Shown piece by piece: positions 12,306 through 24,378 of a DNA stretch of 64,000 nucleotides. Both the position numbers and the translations under genes were made by a program. Source of the DNA: Mobula hypostoma (Eukaryota); NCBI RefSeq assembly GCF_963921235.1, contig NC_086097.1, positions 241,678,001 through 241,742,000 of the forward strand, given 5' to 3'. Below the pieces are notes generated by a model. That model made no database searches and was not told where the DNA came from. It saw only the letters and a program-made list of their open reading frames with translations. Numbering within the stretch: the stretch's first letter is position 1; every line of letters begins with the position of its first letter.

Positions 12306-13405
12306 AGCATACTGAACAATTTGACAGCGGGATTGATTGGTTTCTGTTATATTAGAGAATAAGGAATGCTGGAACCAAGGCCAGAAGAAAAAATGAAAGT
12401 GCAGACCAGCCACAGTCTAATTCAATAGAATAATAGGTTGAAGGAGCAAAATGACTTGCCTACGAGTTTCATATTCCCATTGCTATGTTCATTATTTTCT
12501 TGTCATCCAGTATATTTGCTCCAGGATATTAATCTGGGTAGGACATTTCTGGAAGTGAGCAACATTTCTAAAAACATAACATTCTCAAAGGCAATGACAT
12601 GAACATATCAGAACCAATCCTATCCTGGTACTGGAGAGCAAGGTGAGAGGCAGCCTGGCAGCTGAGAAGCTCAGAAGATTTTCTTTCATATCCTGTTGAA
12701 TGTTTCAGCGGCCCTGAATGATATTTGCCCTCGCAGTTTCCCAATCGCAGCCAGCCACCTGAGATGTCACTTGTCTGTTAGGTAAGGAGGCCAGTGGAAT
12801 ACTGAGGGAGGGGGTGGGAGTGGCTGATGAGGGAAAGGATGAGTCACTTCGAAGGCATCGGAAGATGATCAAAGGCCAGGGCAGGGTGGAGATCAAAGAC
12901 AAGTGAGAAGAACTGCCAGAAAGAGATTTGCCAAGTGGCAGGAGTGAGGCATCCAAACATAGGGAGGTGGCAATTAGATACGCTGGTTCAAGCCAATGGA
13001 AAGGAAGTAACCTCCGGGTTCCAGGAGATCACAGGTTCCCAGGACCTGGTTAAACTGATGGTTAAATACAAGGCATTCTGACAGTTCAGCAAGTTGTATA
13101 GCTGCAGAGTTATTCCTCCCCATAGACACTGCCTGACTTGCTGAGTTCCTCCTGCATTTTGTATACCACCAGAGCCAACCCTAGCTGTCTGGGGAGTTAA
13201 ATTTTATCCTGGAATACCCAGCTAAGCATGGCCCAGTAGATTATTTGCAGATCTGAGAGATAAAGTAAGAAATAATAAAATATGAGGTAATTATAATGAT
13301 CTTTATTAACTACAGAATAATGGATTAAAGAGAATATTTCTTGGATGTTAGATGATTACTGCAGGGGAAAACTGATATGTTGAGAAGATTTTCAACTGAT
13401 ATTTG

Positions 13406-14585
13406 ACCATAAGACCATGAGATATGGGAGCAGAATTAAGTCATTTGGCCCATCAAGTCCGCTCTGCCATTTCACCATGACTGATCCATTTCCCTCTCAA
13501 CCCCTTTCTCCTGACTTCTCCCCATAACCTTTCACACCCTGACTAATCAAGAACTTATCAGCATCCACCTTAAAAGCACCCAATAACTTGGCCTCCACAG
13601 ATGCCTGCAGCAATGAATTCCACAGGTTCACCAACCCCAGCTCAAGGAATTCCTCCTCGTCGCTTTTCTAAATGGACGCCCCTCTATTCTGAGGCCATGC
13701 ACTCTGGTCCTAGACTTCCCCACCATAGGAAACATCCTCTCCATATCCACTCTTTCTGTGCTTTTCAACATTCAATAGGTTTCAATGACGTTCCCCCTCA
13801 TTCTTCTAATTTCAAGCGAGTACAGGCCCAGAGCCATCAATCGCTCCTCATACGAGAAGCCTTTCATTCCCATGAACCTCCTCTGAACCCTCCCCAATGT
13901 CTGCACATCATTTCTTGAATAAGGGGCCCAAAACTGCTCATAATACTCCAAGAGAGGTCTCACCAGTTCTTATAAAGTCTCAGCCTTACATCCTTGTTTT
14001 TATATTCTAGTCCTCTCAAAATGAATGCAAACCTTCATTTGCCTTCCTTACCACTGACTCACTTGCAATTTAACCTTTAGGGAGTTCTGCATAATATCTC
14101 TCAAGTCCCTTTGCACCTCATATTTTTGAATGCTCTCCCTATTTAAAAAATACTCTATGTTTTTATTCCTTCTACTAAAGCGTCTGATCATACACTTCCC
14201 AACACTGTTTTCCATTAGTCACTTCTTTGCCCATTCTCCTCATCTCTCTAAGTCCTTCTGCAGCCTCCCTACTTCTTCAAACCTACCTGCCCTTCCACCT
14301 ACCTTCATATCATCCACAAACCTGGCCTCAAAGGCATCAATTCTGTCATCCAAGCCATTGATATATAATATAAAAAGGAGTGGTCTCAACACAGACCCCT
14401 ATGGAACACCTCTAGTTGTCAGCAGCCAACCAGAAAAGGCTCCCTTTATTTCCACTCTTTGCCTCCTACTAATCAGCCACTGCTTTATCGATGCGAGTAT
14501 CTTTCCTGTAATGCCATGGGCTCCGAACTTTTTAAGCAGCCTTATGTGTGGCACCTTGTCAAAGGCCTCCTGAAAATCCTAGATA
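13406..14585 (-). mobile_element. Degraded CR1 LINE fragment
   Basis: ORF 13772-13963 RVQRRF...LGLYSLE; (TCTTATGG)n-type tail. Confidence 0.85.
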
Positions 14586-14599
14586 GAGGTGATGTGAAG

Positions 14600-15029
14600 A
14601 GATAAGTCTAGGGCCTGTGGAATTCGGAAGAATGAGGGGTGACTTCATTGAACCTATCGAATGGGGAAAGGCCTTGATGGAGTGGGTGTGGAGAGGATGT
14701 TTCCTATGGTGAGGGAATCTAGGACCAGAGGGCACAACCTTAGAATAGAGGGACATCTATTTAGAACAGAGATGAGGAGGAATTTCTTTAACCAGAGTGT
14801 TGTGGATCTGTGGAATTCATTGCCACAGGTGGCTGGAAGGCCAAGTCATTGGGTATATTTAAAGTGGAGGTTAATAGGCTCTTGATTAGTTAGGGCACCA
14901 AAGGTTATGGGGAGAAGGCAGGAGAATGGGGTTGAGAGGAATAATAAATCGGCCATGATGGAATGGCAGAGTACACTCGATGGGTCAAGTGGCCTAATTC
15001 TGCTCCTATGTCTTATAGTCTTTTGGTCT
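14600..15029 (+). mobile_element. CR1 3' fragment
   Basis: ORF 14661-14885 SRTRGHNLRIEG...RNFF. Confidence 0.85.
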
Positions 15030-15679
15030 TAACTGTGAATGGGGTTAGTAAGACAGAGTTAAGCTTAAAAAGCTTTGTTTGTCTGCTTTTGAAGCAAGTG
15101 TATTTTACACTTAGGGCGAACAAATTACATGGCTTAGGTTTTATTGAGATAGTAATAACTGGTGGAAAACCAGATGTTTGTGTTTCAAGGTGGTTTCCAG
15201 ATGTCTGGGCAGCAATGAGCAAAGGGAGTATTGAGCTGGATGAGGTTATGAAGATACCAGAAAGTGATACAAGTCGACTAATCTTACACTTTGTCTTGTC
15301 AAGGTTCTCAAAGGGAATCTTGGATTTTAAGGGTTGAAGTGAACAGAGAGGGTTATGGAATGTATCTGTTTCTCTCAAAGGTTCTGTTTGTTGTCATAGT
15401 TCATCCTTGTCCTTTAGTGGTTGCCAGAACGTGAACCATGGACATGCAGAAAGGTAAACAGCTTATGTTTCAAATAGACAATTACATTTGCTCGCCAATG
15501 GTAATAATCAGACTGATGAGCAAGTAGCTTGTAGAATCTGGGGAAATGAAGAATTACCTAATGATAGAAATAAGTTCATATAAATACGATAAACACAATT
15601 TGAAAAGAAAATTGCCATTATGGTAAAATTTTTCACATCAGAAGTATATAAATGCTTTAAGTATAATGTACATAGTGAC

Positions 15680-15990
15680 ACCTGTGCTTAGAGTAATGCT
15701 TTACAGCACCAGTGACCACAGATCAGGGTTTAATTCCTGCTGCTGCCTATAAGGAGTTTGTACGTTCTCTTTGTGACCTCACTGGTTTCCCCCAGGTGAT
15801 CTAGTTTCCTCTTATGTTCTAAAGACATACGGGTTAGGACGTTGTGGGCATGCTACGTTGATATGGAACTATGGTGACACTTACTGCTTCCCACCACAAT
15901 CCTCACTGATTTTGATTTGGTGTAAGCAATGCATTTCGCTGTATGTCTCGATGTTTGTGTGGCAAATAAACCAAATCCTAAATCTTCAAA
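15680..15990 (+). mobile_element. tRNA-derived V-type SINE
   Basis: Homologous to 6598-6897; B-box-like gggtttaattcc. Confidence 0.65.
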
Positions 15991-16485
15991 TTTTTGCAAA
16001 TTTTATGGAAAAAATGTAATCCACTGCTTTTTACACTTGATGCAACAAAACATATGAAAAAAAAACAAAATAAAACTGCAGGTGGTGGAAATCTAAATGT
16101 AGCAGGTCAGGCAGCATCTGTGGAAAGAGAAACATTTCAGGTCAGAAACCTTTTGTTAACCCTTTCCCCAGTTCTAATGAAGCATCTGACACTTGAAACA
16201 TCCACTCTTTTTTTCCCTTACTGCACACAATGGCCAATTATTAATGTTTTTTTAATAATGGTGTTTATAAATGAACATAGAACGTCAATCACTGCAGCTC
16301 AGTTACAGCTCTTTGTCCTACAGTATATCTCTCCGTGACTTCCAAAGAGGCCTGGTGAAGTTTCAAGAAGATCAGCAAACTGCTTTCTCTCGTTGTCTCA
16401 GTTCTGCTGCGGGATATCCATCTGTAATATTTACTCTGCTTTCCCCTCTCCTCTGACACTGCCTGGTCCTCTCAGCATTTCCATT

Positions 16486-17980
16486 ATTCAAGAAGGGAAC
16501 CAGGGATAATTCCGGAATCTAAAGACTGGTGAGTTTCACATCAGTGATGGGGAAGCTACTGGAGAGAATTCTTAGGAACAGGACTTACGAGCATTTGGAA
16601 AGCCATGGCCTAATTAGGGCGAGCCTGCATGGCTTTGCGCGAGCCAAGTCGTATCTTACTAACTTGATTTGAGTTTTTTGATGAGGTGATGAAGATAATT
16701 AATGAAGGTACAGCAGTGAATGATTTCTGCATTTAGTAAGGTATTTGACAAGGTTCATCACAAAAGGCTCATCTAAAAGATTAAGATGCATGGTATCCAT
16801 GGTACGTTGGCCATTTGGATTCAGAACTGGCTTGTCCATATCAGGCAGAGGGTAGCAGTCCAAGTGACTTATTCTAGCTGGAGGTTTGTAATTGGTGGTG
16901 TTCCATAGGGATCTGTGCTGGGACTTTTGCTCTTTGTGGTGTACATAACTGACCTGAATGAAGATGTAGATGGGTAGGTTCGTAAGTTTACAGATGATGT
17001 GAAGAGCGGTAGTGTTCTGGATAGCATAGAAGACTGGCAAAGAATACAATGGGATATAGGTCACTTGCAGATATGGGTGGAAACACGACAGATGGAGATT
17101 AGCCCAGACAAATGTGAAGTGTTACACGCAAACACGAGGAATTCTGCAGATGCTGGAAATTCAAGCAACACACATCAAAATTGCTGGTGAATGCAGCAGG
17201 CCAGGCAGCATCTCTAAGAAGAGGTGCAGCCGACGTCTCGACCCGAAACGTCGACTGTACCTCTTCCTAGAGTTGCTGCCTGGCCTGCTGCGTTCACTAG
17301 CAACTTTGATGTGTGTTGTGTGAAGTGTTACACCTTGGTAGGTCAAATGTAAAGAGATAGTGCCCTGCTAAGGTTGGATAAGAAGGCATATGGCCTATTG
17401 CCTTTATTAGTTGAGGCACTGAGTTCAAAAGTCAGGGAGATATGTTGTAGCTTTATAAAACTCTAGTTCGGCCGCATCTGGAGCATTGCATACAGTTCTG
17501 GTTGCCTCATTATAGGAAGGATTTTGAGGTTTTGGAGAGGGTGAAGAAGAAGTTCTCTAGGATGCTGCCTGGATTTGAGGGCTTGTGCTATAATGGAGTG
17601 ATGTAGGTTTATAAGATTATGAGAAGCATAGATAGAGAAGACAGTATCTTTTACCCAGATTTGAAATGTCTAATCCTAGTCAACATGCATTTAAGAGAGA
17701 AGGGTAAGTTCAAAGAGGATATGGGGGGTGGGGGGTAAGTTTTCTGCAGGCAGAACAGTGGGTGCCTGAAATGGGCTGCCTGAGGTGAGCAGATACATTA
17801 GGTATTTTAAGAAATGTTTAGATAGGTAGATAGGAACATGAATGTAAGGAAAACGGAGGGCTAGTGACATTGTGTAGGCAGAAGAGATTAGTTGGCCATT
17901 TGATTACTAATTTAATTGGTTCAGCACCAGGTCAAAGGCTGAAGGCCCTGTTCCTGTGTTGTACTGCTCTACGTTCTATT
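16486..17980 (+). mobile_element. Degraded CR1 LINE fragment
   Basis: Decayed RT motifs (ggtgttccatagggatctgtgctggga; tttacagatgat) through to the 3' UTR. Confidence 0.82.
17128..17318. mobile_element. Penelope pLTR-derived inverted mini-insertion
   Basis: 15-bp TSD tgtgaagtgttacac (17113-17127, 17319-17333); hairpin arms joined inside the hammerhead motif. Confidence 0.87.
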
Positions 17981-18204
17981 TCCAATATTCCTGACCTGCA
18001 TTTCACAAGGTTTGCATGTTTTTTTTTTGTTTTCCTTAATCTAACAATCAGATGGTTTCAGTTACAACTTATGTTCAGGCAGTCCTACATCCTATATTCC
18101 CAACCGTACCAGAGTTACTCCCTTTTACCTCATCAGTCCCTCACTCAGTGCCTTTTAAAACTGATAGGCTTTCCCTCTTCTTCAGTTCTGACGAGGGCGC
18201 CGAG

Positions 18205-18460
18205 ATAGCGTGTCGCTGTTACATCTCGGGACGTTCCACGGTTCGGAGGCCAATTCCGGCACTGTCTGTAAGTTGCTCTCCACATGAACTGTGTGGGTTT
18301 CCTCCAGTTGCTCTGGTTTCCACCCACGGTACAAAGATGGACAGACCAGTAGGTTAACTGGTCATTGTAAGTTACCCTGTGATTAAGGCGAGTGTTAAAT
18401 AGGTGGGTTGCTGAGTGGTGCCAGGTTGGACCAGAGGGGCCTGTATCTTTAGATAAACAA
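18205..18460 (+). mobile_element. V-type SINE
   Basis: tgtgtgggtttcctccagttgctctggtttccaccca box; homologous to 46995-47260. Confidence 0.6.
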
Positions 18461-19049
18461 AAAAGTAATCAAAAACATTAACTTCCATTTCCCACTCCCC
18501 AGGTGCTACCTGACCTGCTCAAATTTTGTGCCTTCATTTCAGAATTCCTTTTTGTCTGGATTTGCACTTTCATTTAGTTCTCCTAAAGGAGACTGTGGGT
18601 GTTTGATCGCTCATTCAGAGATTTAAGCAGAAGAAGCTAACTCTCAACCTATTTGCTCAATCAAGTGGGCATAAAGATCCCTGAGGCTTACTTAGAGAAG
18701 GAATAGGTGAGTCAATTCCATGATCAATGTTTATTACCTGAGCAACAGTTAACCAAACAGATTATAGTAAAACACATATCTGCAGATAATTGTTGTCACA
18801 TTTCTTTCATGACATCCACCACCCTTCTCATTGTGCAAGAGTTGCTGCCCTTTTATTTGTTTTAATGTTGTGTTTTCATTAAAGATATCAGCAAACAGGA
18901 TTTCCATGGCAACCCAGAACCATTCTTTAAAGTTCTCTGCATTAATCAACGACACGTTTTGTCAATAACAATCTGGTTTAGAAAGATGCTTCGGTCAGAC
19001 TCCCTACAAGGGAGCTCAACCTCTGTATTATTTTTCTTTGCCCTTTAAT

Positions 19050-19690
19050 GGACTTTTGCCTCCTACCAATCAGCCACTGTTTTATCCACACTAGAATCTT
19101 TCCTTTAATACCATAGGCCCGTAACTTGTTATGCAGCCTCACCTTGTCAAGGGCTTTCAGAAGATCCAAGTATACAACATCAACCGATTCTCCTTTGTCT
19201 ATCCTGCTTGTTATTTCTTCAAAGAGTTCCAACAGAGATGTCCAGCAGGATTTTCCCTTGAGAAAACCATACTGATTACAGCCTATTTTATCAAGTGCCG
19301 CTAAGTACCCTGAGACCACATCCTTATCAATCAACTGCAACATCTTCCCAGCCACTGAGGTCAGACTAACTGTCCTATAATTTCCTTTCTTCTGCCTCTC
19401 TCCCTTCTTGAAGAGAGGAGTGATATTTGAATTTATCAACTACTGCTGTACCTTCATCAATGTGATTTTTTCACATCCTGAAAGAATTTGATCAGACTTG
19501 TGATTCATGACCTACGCCTCACAAAGCCTTGCAGACTATCCATAAATATTGATTACTTTTGCCACCTCCTATCATCTGAGGCTAATGAGACCACAAAGGT
19601 CAATAATCTCTTCCCTTAACAACCTGGAGTACATCCCATCCAGGCCCAGAGACTTATCAGAAGTTCCAGCACATCCTGTTTCTTAAGGAT
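19050..19690 (-). mobile_element. Degraded internal CR1 RT fragments
   Basis: ORF 18978-19439 NITPLFKKG...GNYR.VSLTS...VDVVYLD. Confidence 0.8.
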
Positions 19691-20147
19691 AACATAATCT
19701 AGTATAATGCAAACAATGCATTTTTCTGTATGTTTTGATGTACTCGTGATAAATAAATGAATCTGAATTGGATCCAAATCTAAAAAAAAATTATTCCAAC
19801 ATTGTATTTCATTAATTGGTGCATGCGAACTTGATTTCAATGCTTAAGAGAAGTTTGGATAGGTACATGGATGGTAGGGGTATGGTCTGGGTGCAGGTTG
19901 ATGGGAGTAGGCAGTTTAAATGGTTTGGCACAGACTAGATGGGCCAAAGGGCCTGGTTCTGTGCTGTACTGTTCTATGATTCTATGACATTTAAATTCTC
20001 CAGCTGTGAGTTTCAAACTAAACTCTTCCATTAACTAAATCACTCCTCCATTGTACTGGATATCAGGTGGAAAACTAGTGGAAATGTCTCTCTTTATAAA
20101 AATTGATTTAAGAATGTTTCATTATTGTAGTTTATATAATGGGGGCT

Positions 20148-20376
20148 TGAAGCACCTTCAATTACTCCAAAAGACTGAGGTTTGGTAAAATACTGAAAGG
20201 GTTTTATTCGCTGTACAACACGACCTCCACAGTGAGTGCCTGCCCCCGGACTGAGAGGGAGGGGCAAGGCCAACACCTTTATACAGGACTCTGTGGGAGG
20301 AGCCACAGGGGCAGTCAGCAGAGGTGTGTGTCCAGACAGGTAACCGAGTTACAACATATATACATGGTTTACCACA
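20148..20376 (-). repeat. 3' LTR
   Basis: Direct repeat of 24379-24607. Confidence 0.97.
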
Positions 20377-20396
20377 TTCACCCCTCCTTTTTTTAA
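20377..20396 (-). other. Polypurine tract
   Basis: Sense AAAAAAAGGAGGGGTGAA immediately before the 3' LTR. Confidence 0.85.
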
Positions 20397-20445
20397 AAAG
20401 AGTCCCGCGGGGTGAAGTGACTGACAATATTTACAAGAAGTATAT

Positions 20446-23400
20446 TTACAGGTTAAGTCTATCAGGCGGTCGAGTCCGTCGCTGTGACCTACGTAGCACC
20501 GGCGATGGCGGTTGTGCTGGCTCCGGCCTGACTTCAGGTGCCAGCACGTTAGGCGTCGGTAATCCCTCGTGCGTGTGCGTCGCGCCTGGTATGGGAGTGT
20601 CGTGTGGTGTCTGTATAGGGTTTGGGGTGCACGGTGTCTCATAGGTACATACATTGGTGGGTACGGGGGTCAATAGTCACCACGGAGTGTTCAGGGTAGG
20701 GGCCCGGAGCTCCTGATGGCGCCAGGTCGCGGATGGAGACCGTGTCCTCCGGCCCATCAGGTAAAACCACGTAGGCATACTGGGGGCTCGCATGAAGTAA
20801 GTGAACCCTCTCGACCATTGGGGAGTGTTTATTGCTCCTCGCATGTTTCCGGAGCAGCACTGGCCCCGGGGACATCAGCCAAGATGGTAGGGTGGTTCCA
20901 GTGGTCGATTTTCTGGGAAAAGAAAAGAGCCGCTCATGAGGGGTGGCATTGGTGGCTGTGCGTAACAGGGAGCGGATGGAGTGGAGTGCCTCGGGAAGGA
21001 CCTCCTGCCAGTGGGAGACCGGCAGTCCCTTTGACCTGAGGGCTAAGAGTGTGGCTTTCCACACCGTGGCATTCTCCTTCTCTACCTGTCCATTCCCCCG
21101 GGGATTATAGCTCGCGGTCCTACTGGTTGCAATTCTCCTAGCCAGTAGATATTGGCGCAGCTCGTCACTCATAAACGAGGACCCTCTGTCACTGTGGATA
21201 TAGCATGGGTATCCGAACAGAGTGAAGAGCTTGCGCAGGGCTTTTATAACTGACGTGGTAGTGGTGTCGGGGAAGGGGATGGCGAAGGGGAACCGCGAGT
21301 ACTCGTCAATTACATTAAGAAAGTACACATTGCGGTTGGTGGAGGGAAGGGGGCCCTTAACGTCAACACTCAGTCGCTCAAAGGGGCGGGTGGCCTTGAT
21401 GAGTGGTACCTTTTCGGGTCGGTAGAAGTGCGGTTTGCACTCTGCGCAGACTTGGCAGTCCCTGGTCATCATCCTGATCTCCTCAAGGGAGTAAGGCAGG
21501 TTCCGGGCTTTCACAAAGTGCAAAAGCTGGGTGACTCCGGGGTGGTAAAGGTCTACATGTAGGGCGTATAGCCGGTCGATCTGCGCACTGGCGCACGTTC
21601 CCCGGGATAGGGCATTGGAGGGCTCGTTGAGCTTCCTAGGCCTGTACATGATGTCATAGTTGTAGGTGGAGAGTTCGATTCTCCACCTCAGAATTTTATC
21701 ATTTTTGATTTTGTTCCGCTGCTGATTATTAAACATGAACGCGACTGAGCGCTGGTCAGTTAGCAGGGTGAGCCTTTTGTCGGCAAGATAGTGCCTCCAG
21801 TGCCTTATAGCTTCCACTATGGCCTGGGCCTCTTTCTCTACCGCAGAGTGCCGAATTTCAGGGCTTTGAAGGGTACGGGAGAAGAACGCCACTGGTCTTC
21901 CTGCCTGGTTGAGGGTAGCAGCCAGCGCAAAGTCGGAGGCGTCACTCTCTACTTGGAAGGGAATGGCCTCATCCACCGCATGCATTGCTGCTTTGGCAAT
22001 GTCCCCTTTTATGCGGTTGAAGGCCGCGTGGGCCTCGGCAGAGAGGGGGAATGTGGTGGACTTGACCGGGGGTGGGCCTTGTCCTGCGTAGTTAGAGACC
22101 CATTGGGCGTAATATGAAAAGAAGCCCAGGCACCTTTTGAGGGCTCTGAGGGTATTGGGAAGAGGGAGTTCCAACAGGGGGCGCATACGGTCGGGGTCAG
22201 GGCCAATGACTCCACTCTCCACGACACACCCAAGGATAGCAAGTCGGGTGGTCCCAAAGACACACTTGTTCTTGTTATAGGTGAGGTTGAAAGATTTGGC
22301 CGCTTGGAGAAATTTTTGGAGGTTGTTGTCGTGATCCTGCTGGTCGTGACCGCAGATGGTGATGTTATCCAGATATGGGAACGTGGCCTTCAGTTGGCAC
22401 TGGTCCACCAGCTGGTCCATTGCCCTCTGGAAGATAGATACACCATTCACGACACCAAAGGGGACGCGCAGGAATTGATAAAGCCTGCCGTCCGTCTCGA
22501 AGGCAGTGTAAGGGCAGTCCTCCCAGTGGATGGGGAGCTGATGGTAAGCGGATTTTAGGTCTATGGTCGAGTACACCTTGTACTGTGCTATCTGATTGAC
22601 CATATCCGTGATACGGGGTAGAGGGTACGCGTCGAGCTGCGTGAACCTATTGATGGTCTGGCTATAGTCCACGACCATCCTATTCTTCTCCCCGTTCCGA
22701 ACAACCACCACCTGCGCCCTCCAAGGACTTGTGCTTGCCTCAGTGACCCCCTCCCTGAGCAGCCGCTGCACCTCCGACTTAATAAAAGCTCTGTCCCCCC
22801 CACTGTACCTCATGCTTTTAGTTGCCACGGGTTTACAGTCAGAGGTCAGGTTGGTGAACAGCGGTGGGGGAGGGATCCTGAGGGTGGAGAGGTTGCAAAT
22901 GGTGTCAGTAGTGTGGCAGTTGGCATGATGTTGGGTGGGATGCGCGGGTCGGTGTGTGTGTGTGGTCAGTAGCGGGGGACGTGACATATCTCTACAAAAC
23001 AGGGGGTTTATGACAGTAATTGGTGGGAGGGGCCCATCACACTTCATTGTCACGCTTTTCAGGTGGCTCTGGAAGTCCAACCCCAACAGCACAGGGGCAC
23101 ACAGTTGAGGCAAGACCAGTAACGTAAAGTCCCGATATTCTGTGCCCTGCACCACTAGCGTCACTACACAACCCCCCCGGATGTCTGTTGTATGCGACCT
23201 GGAGGCCATGGTGACCCTCTGACTTACCAGCCGTATCATGAGTCCACAATGCTGCACCGTGGCCAGGTGGATAAAACTCTCTGTGCTGCCGGTGTCAAAC
23301 AGGCAGCTTGTCCTGTGCCCCTCCACCAGGATGTCCATCATTGACCTTGCGAGCTGGTGGGGAGCACTTTGGTCGAGGGTCACGGAAGCCAGGGTGGGGT

Positions 23401-24352
23401 CGCTGTCTTGGTCCGGCGTGGTGGGGTGCCCCGTGAGCACCCATTGGTCGTAGGCGGTGGGAGGTGGTGCCGACCAAGATGGCTGCCCCCATGTCTCGCA
23501 CGTGGTGGCAGTGTGCAGGGAAGATGGCGGCCCCCATGTCTCGCACGTGGTGGCAGTGTGCAGGGAAGATGGCGACCCCCACGTCTTGCACGCGGCGCTG
23601 CTCGATCCCGCTCGCGGTTTTGACTTACAGACCTTGGCGAAGTGGCCCTTCTTTCCGCAGTTGGAACAGGTAGCTTGTCGGGCCGGGCAGTGTTTCCGGG
23701 GGTGCTTCTCCAGTCCGCAGAAGTAGCACTTCGCGGACTCACGACTGGCTGCAGCCGAGGTCGATTCGCCGGCGGGTTGCGGGGTCTGCGACACCCACGA
23801 GGCCATCGGGGGATCGCGTGCCTGGAGAGCCTCGGAGTTATGCAGAGTGGCCTCCAATGTATCAGCCAGCTCGATCGCCAAACTTAGGGTAAGATCGGCT
23901 TTTTCCAGCAGCCGCTGGCGCACGTACACTGACCTGGTCCCCGTGACGAAGGCATCTCTCACTAGGAGTTCTGCATGCTGCGCCGCCGTCAGCTCCTGGC
24001 AATTGCAGGCTCGCACGAGCGTCCGTAGGGCCCGGACAAACTCAGCACTCGATTCCCCGGGGCGTTGTTGCCGTGTCGCTAAACGGTGCCGAGCATAGAC
24101 GCTGTTTATCGGCCGCAGGTATTGTCTTTTGAGTGCGTTCATCGCGCCGTCGTAGTTCGGCTGGTCTCTGATCAGTGAATAAACCCGTGGACTGACCCTG
24201 GAGAGTAGAACTCTGCACTTCGCTACAGGGTCGGTCGCTTTAATCTCCTCTAGATACGCTTCGAAGCAGGCCAGCCAGAGTTCGAAAGCGTTTCCAGCGT
24301 CAGGCATTTGCGGATCGAGGTCTAATTTGTCTGGTCTCAGAGCCTGTTCCAT
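20446..24352 (-). CDS. Single gag-pol polyprotein (1237-aa ORF 20639-24352; native C-terminus continues to 20446 after a +1 frameshift near 20667)
   Basis: Two Zn knuckles (CYFCGLEKHPRKHC, CSNCGKKGHFAKVC), protease LFDTGS, RT DLKSAYHQ/PFGV/YLDN, RNase H ESDASD/EKEA/TDQ, integrase HHCC and D-D-E (SVD, HSDRG, QVE); tail LRRSQRRTRPPDRL in ORF 20446-20673. Confidence 0.93.
23476..23592. repeat. In-frame 45-bp tandem repeat (about 2.6 units) in the gag-protease linker
   Basis: Units start at 23476, 23521 and 23566; encodes TCETWGPPSSLHTAT repeats. Confidence 0.95.
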
Positions 24353-24361
24353 GTTTTAAAA

Positions 24362-24377
24362 TGTACAGCGAATAAAA
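24362..24377 (-). other. Non-tRNA primer-binding-site position, complementary to the element's own LTR
   Basis: Sense TTTTATTCGCTGTACA begins 1 nt after the 5' LTR; perfect inverted repeat of 24433-24448; no TGG. Confidence 0.85.
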
Positions 24378-24378
24378 T

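Noticed and set aside
14963..15378. Overlapping 124/121-aa ORFs on both strands
   Set aside because: They overlap a CR1 3' UTR, have no recognisable motif and no convincing splice signals.
16324..16430. Candidate exon ISLRDFQRGLVKFQEDQQTAFSRCLS after ctttgtcctacag
   Set aside because: No good donor, and the 3' part merges into decayed Penelope pLTR-like sequence.
20716..24098. Many + strand ORFs antisense to gag-pol
   Set aside because: Expected by-product of GC-rich coding sequence; no independent support.
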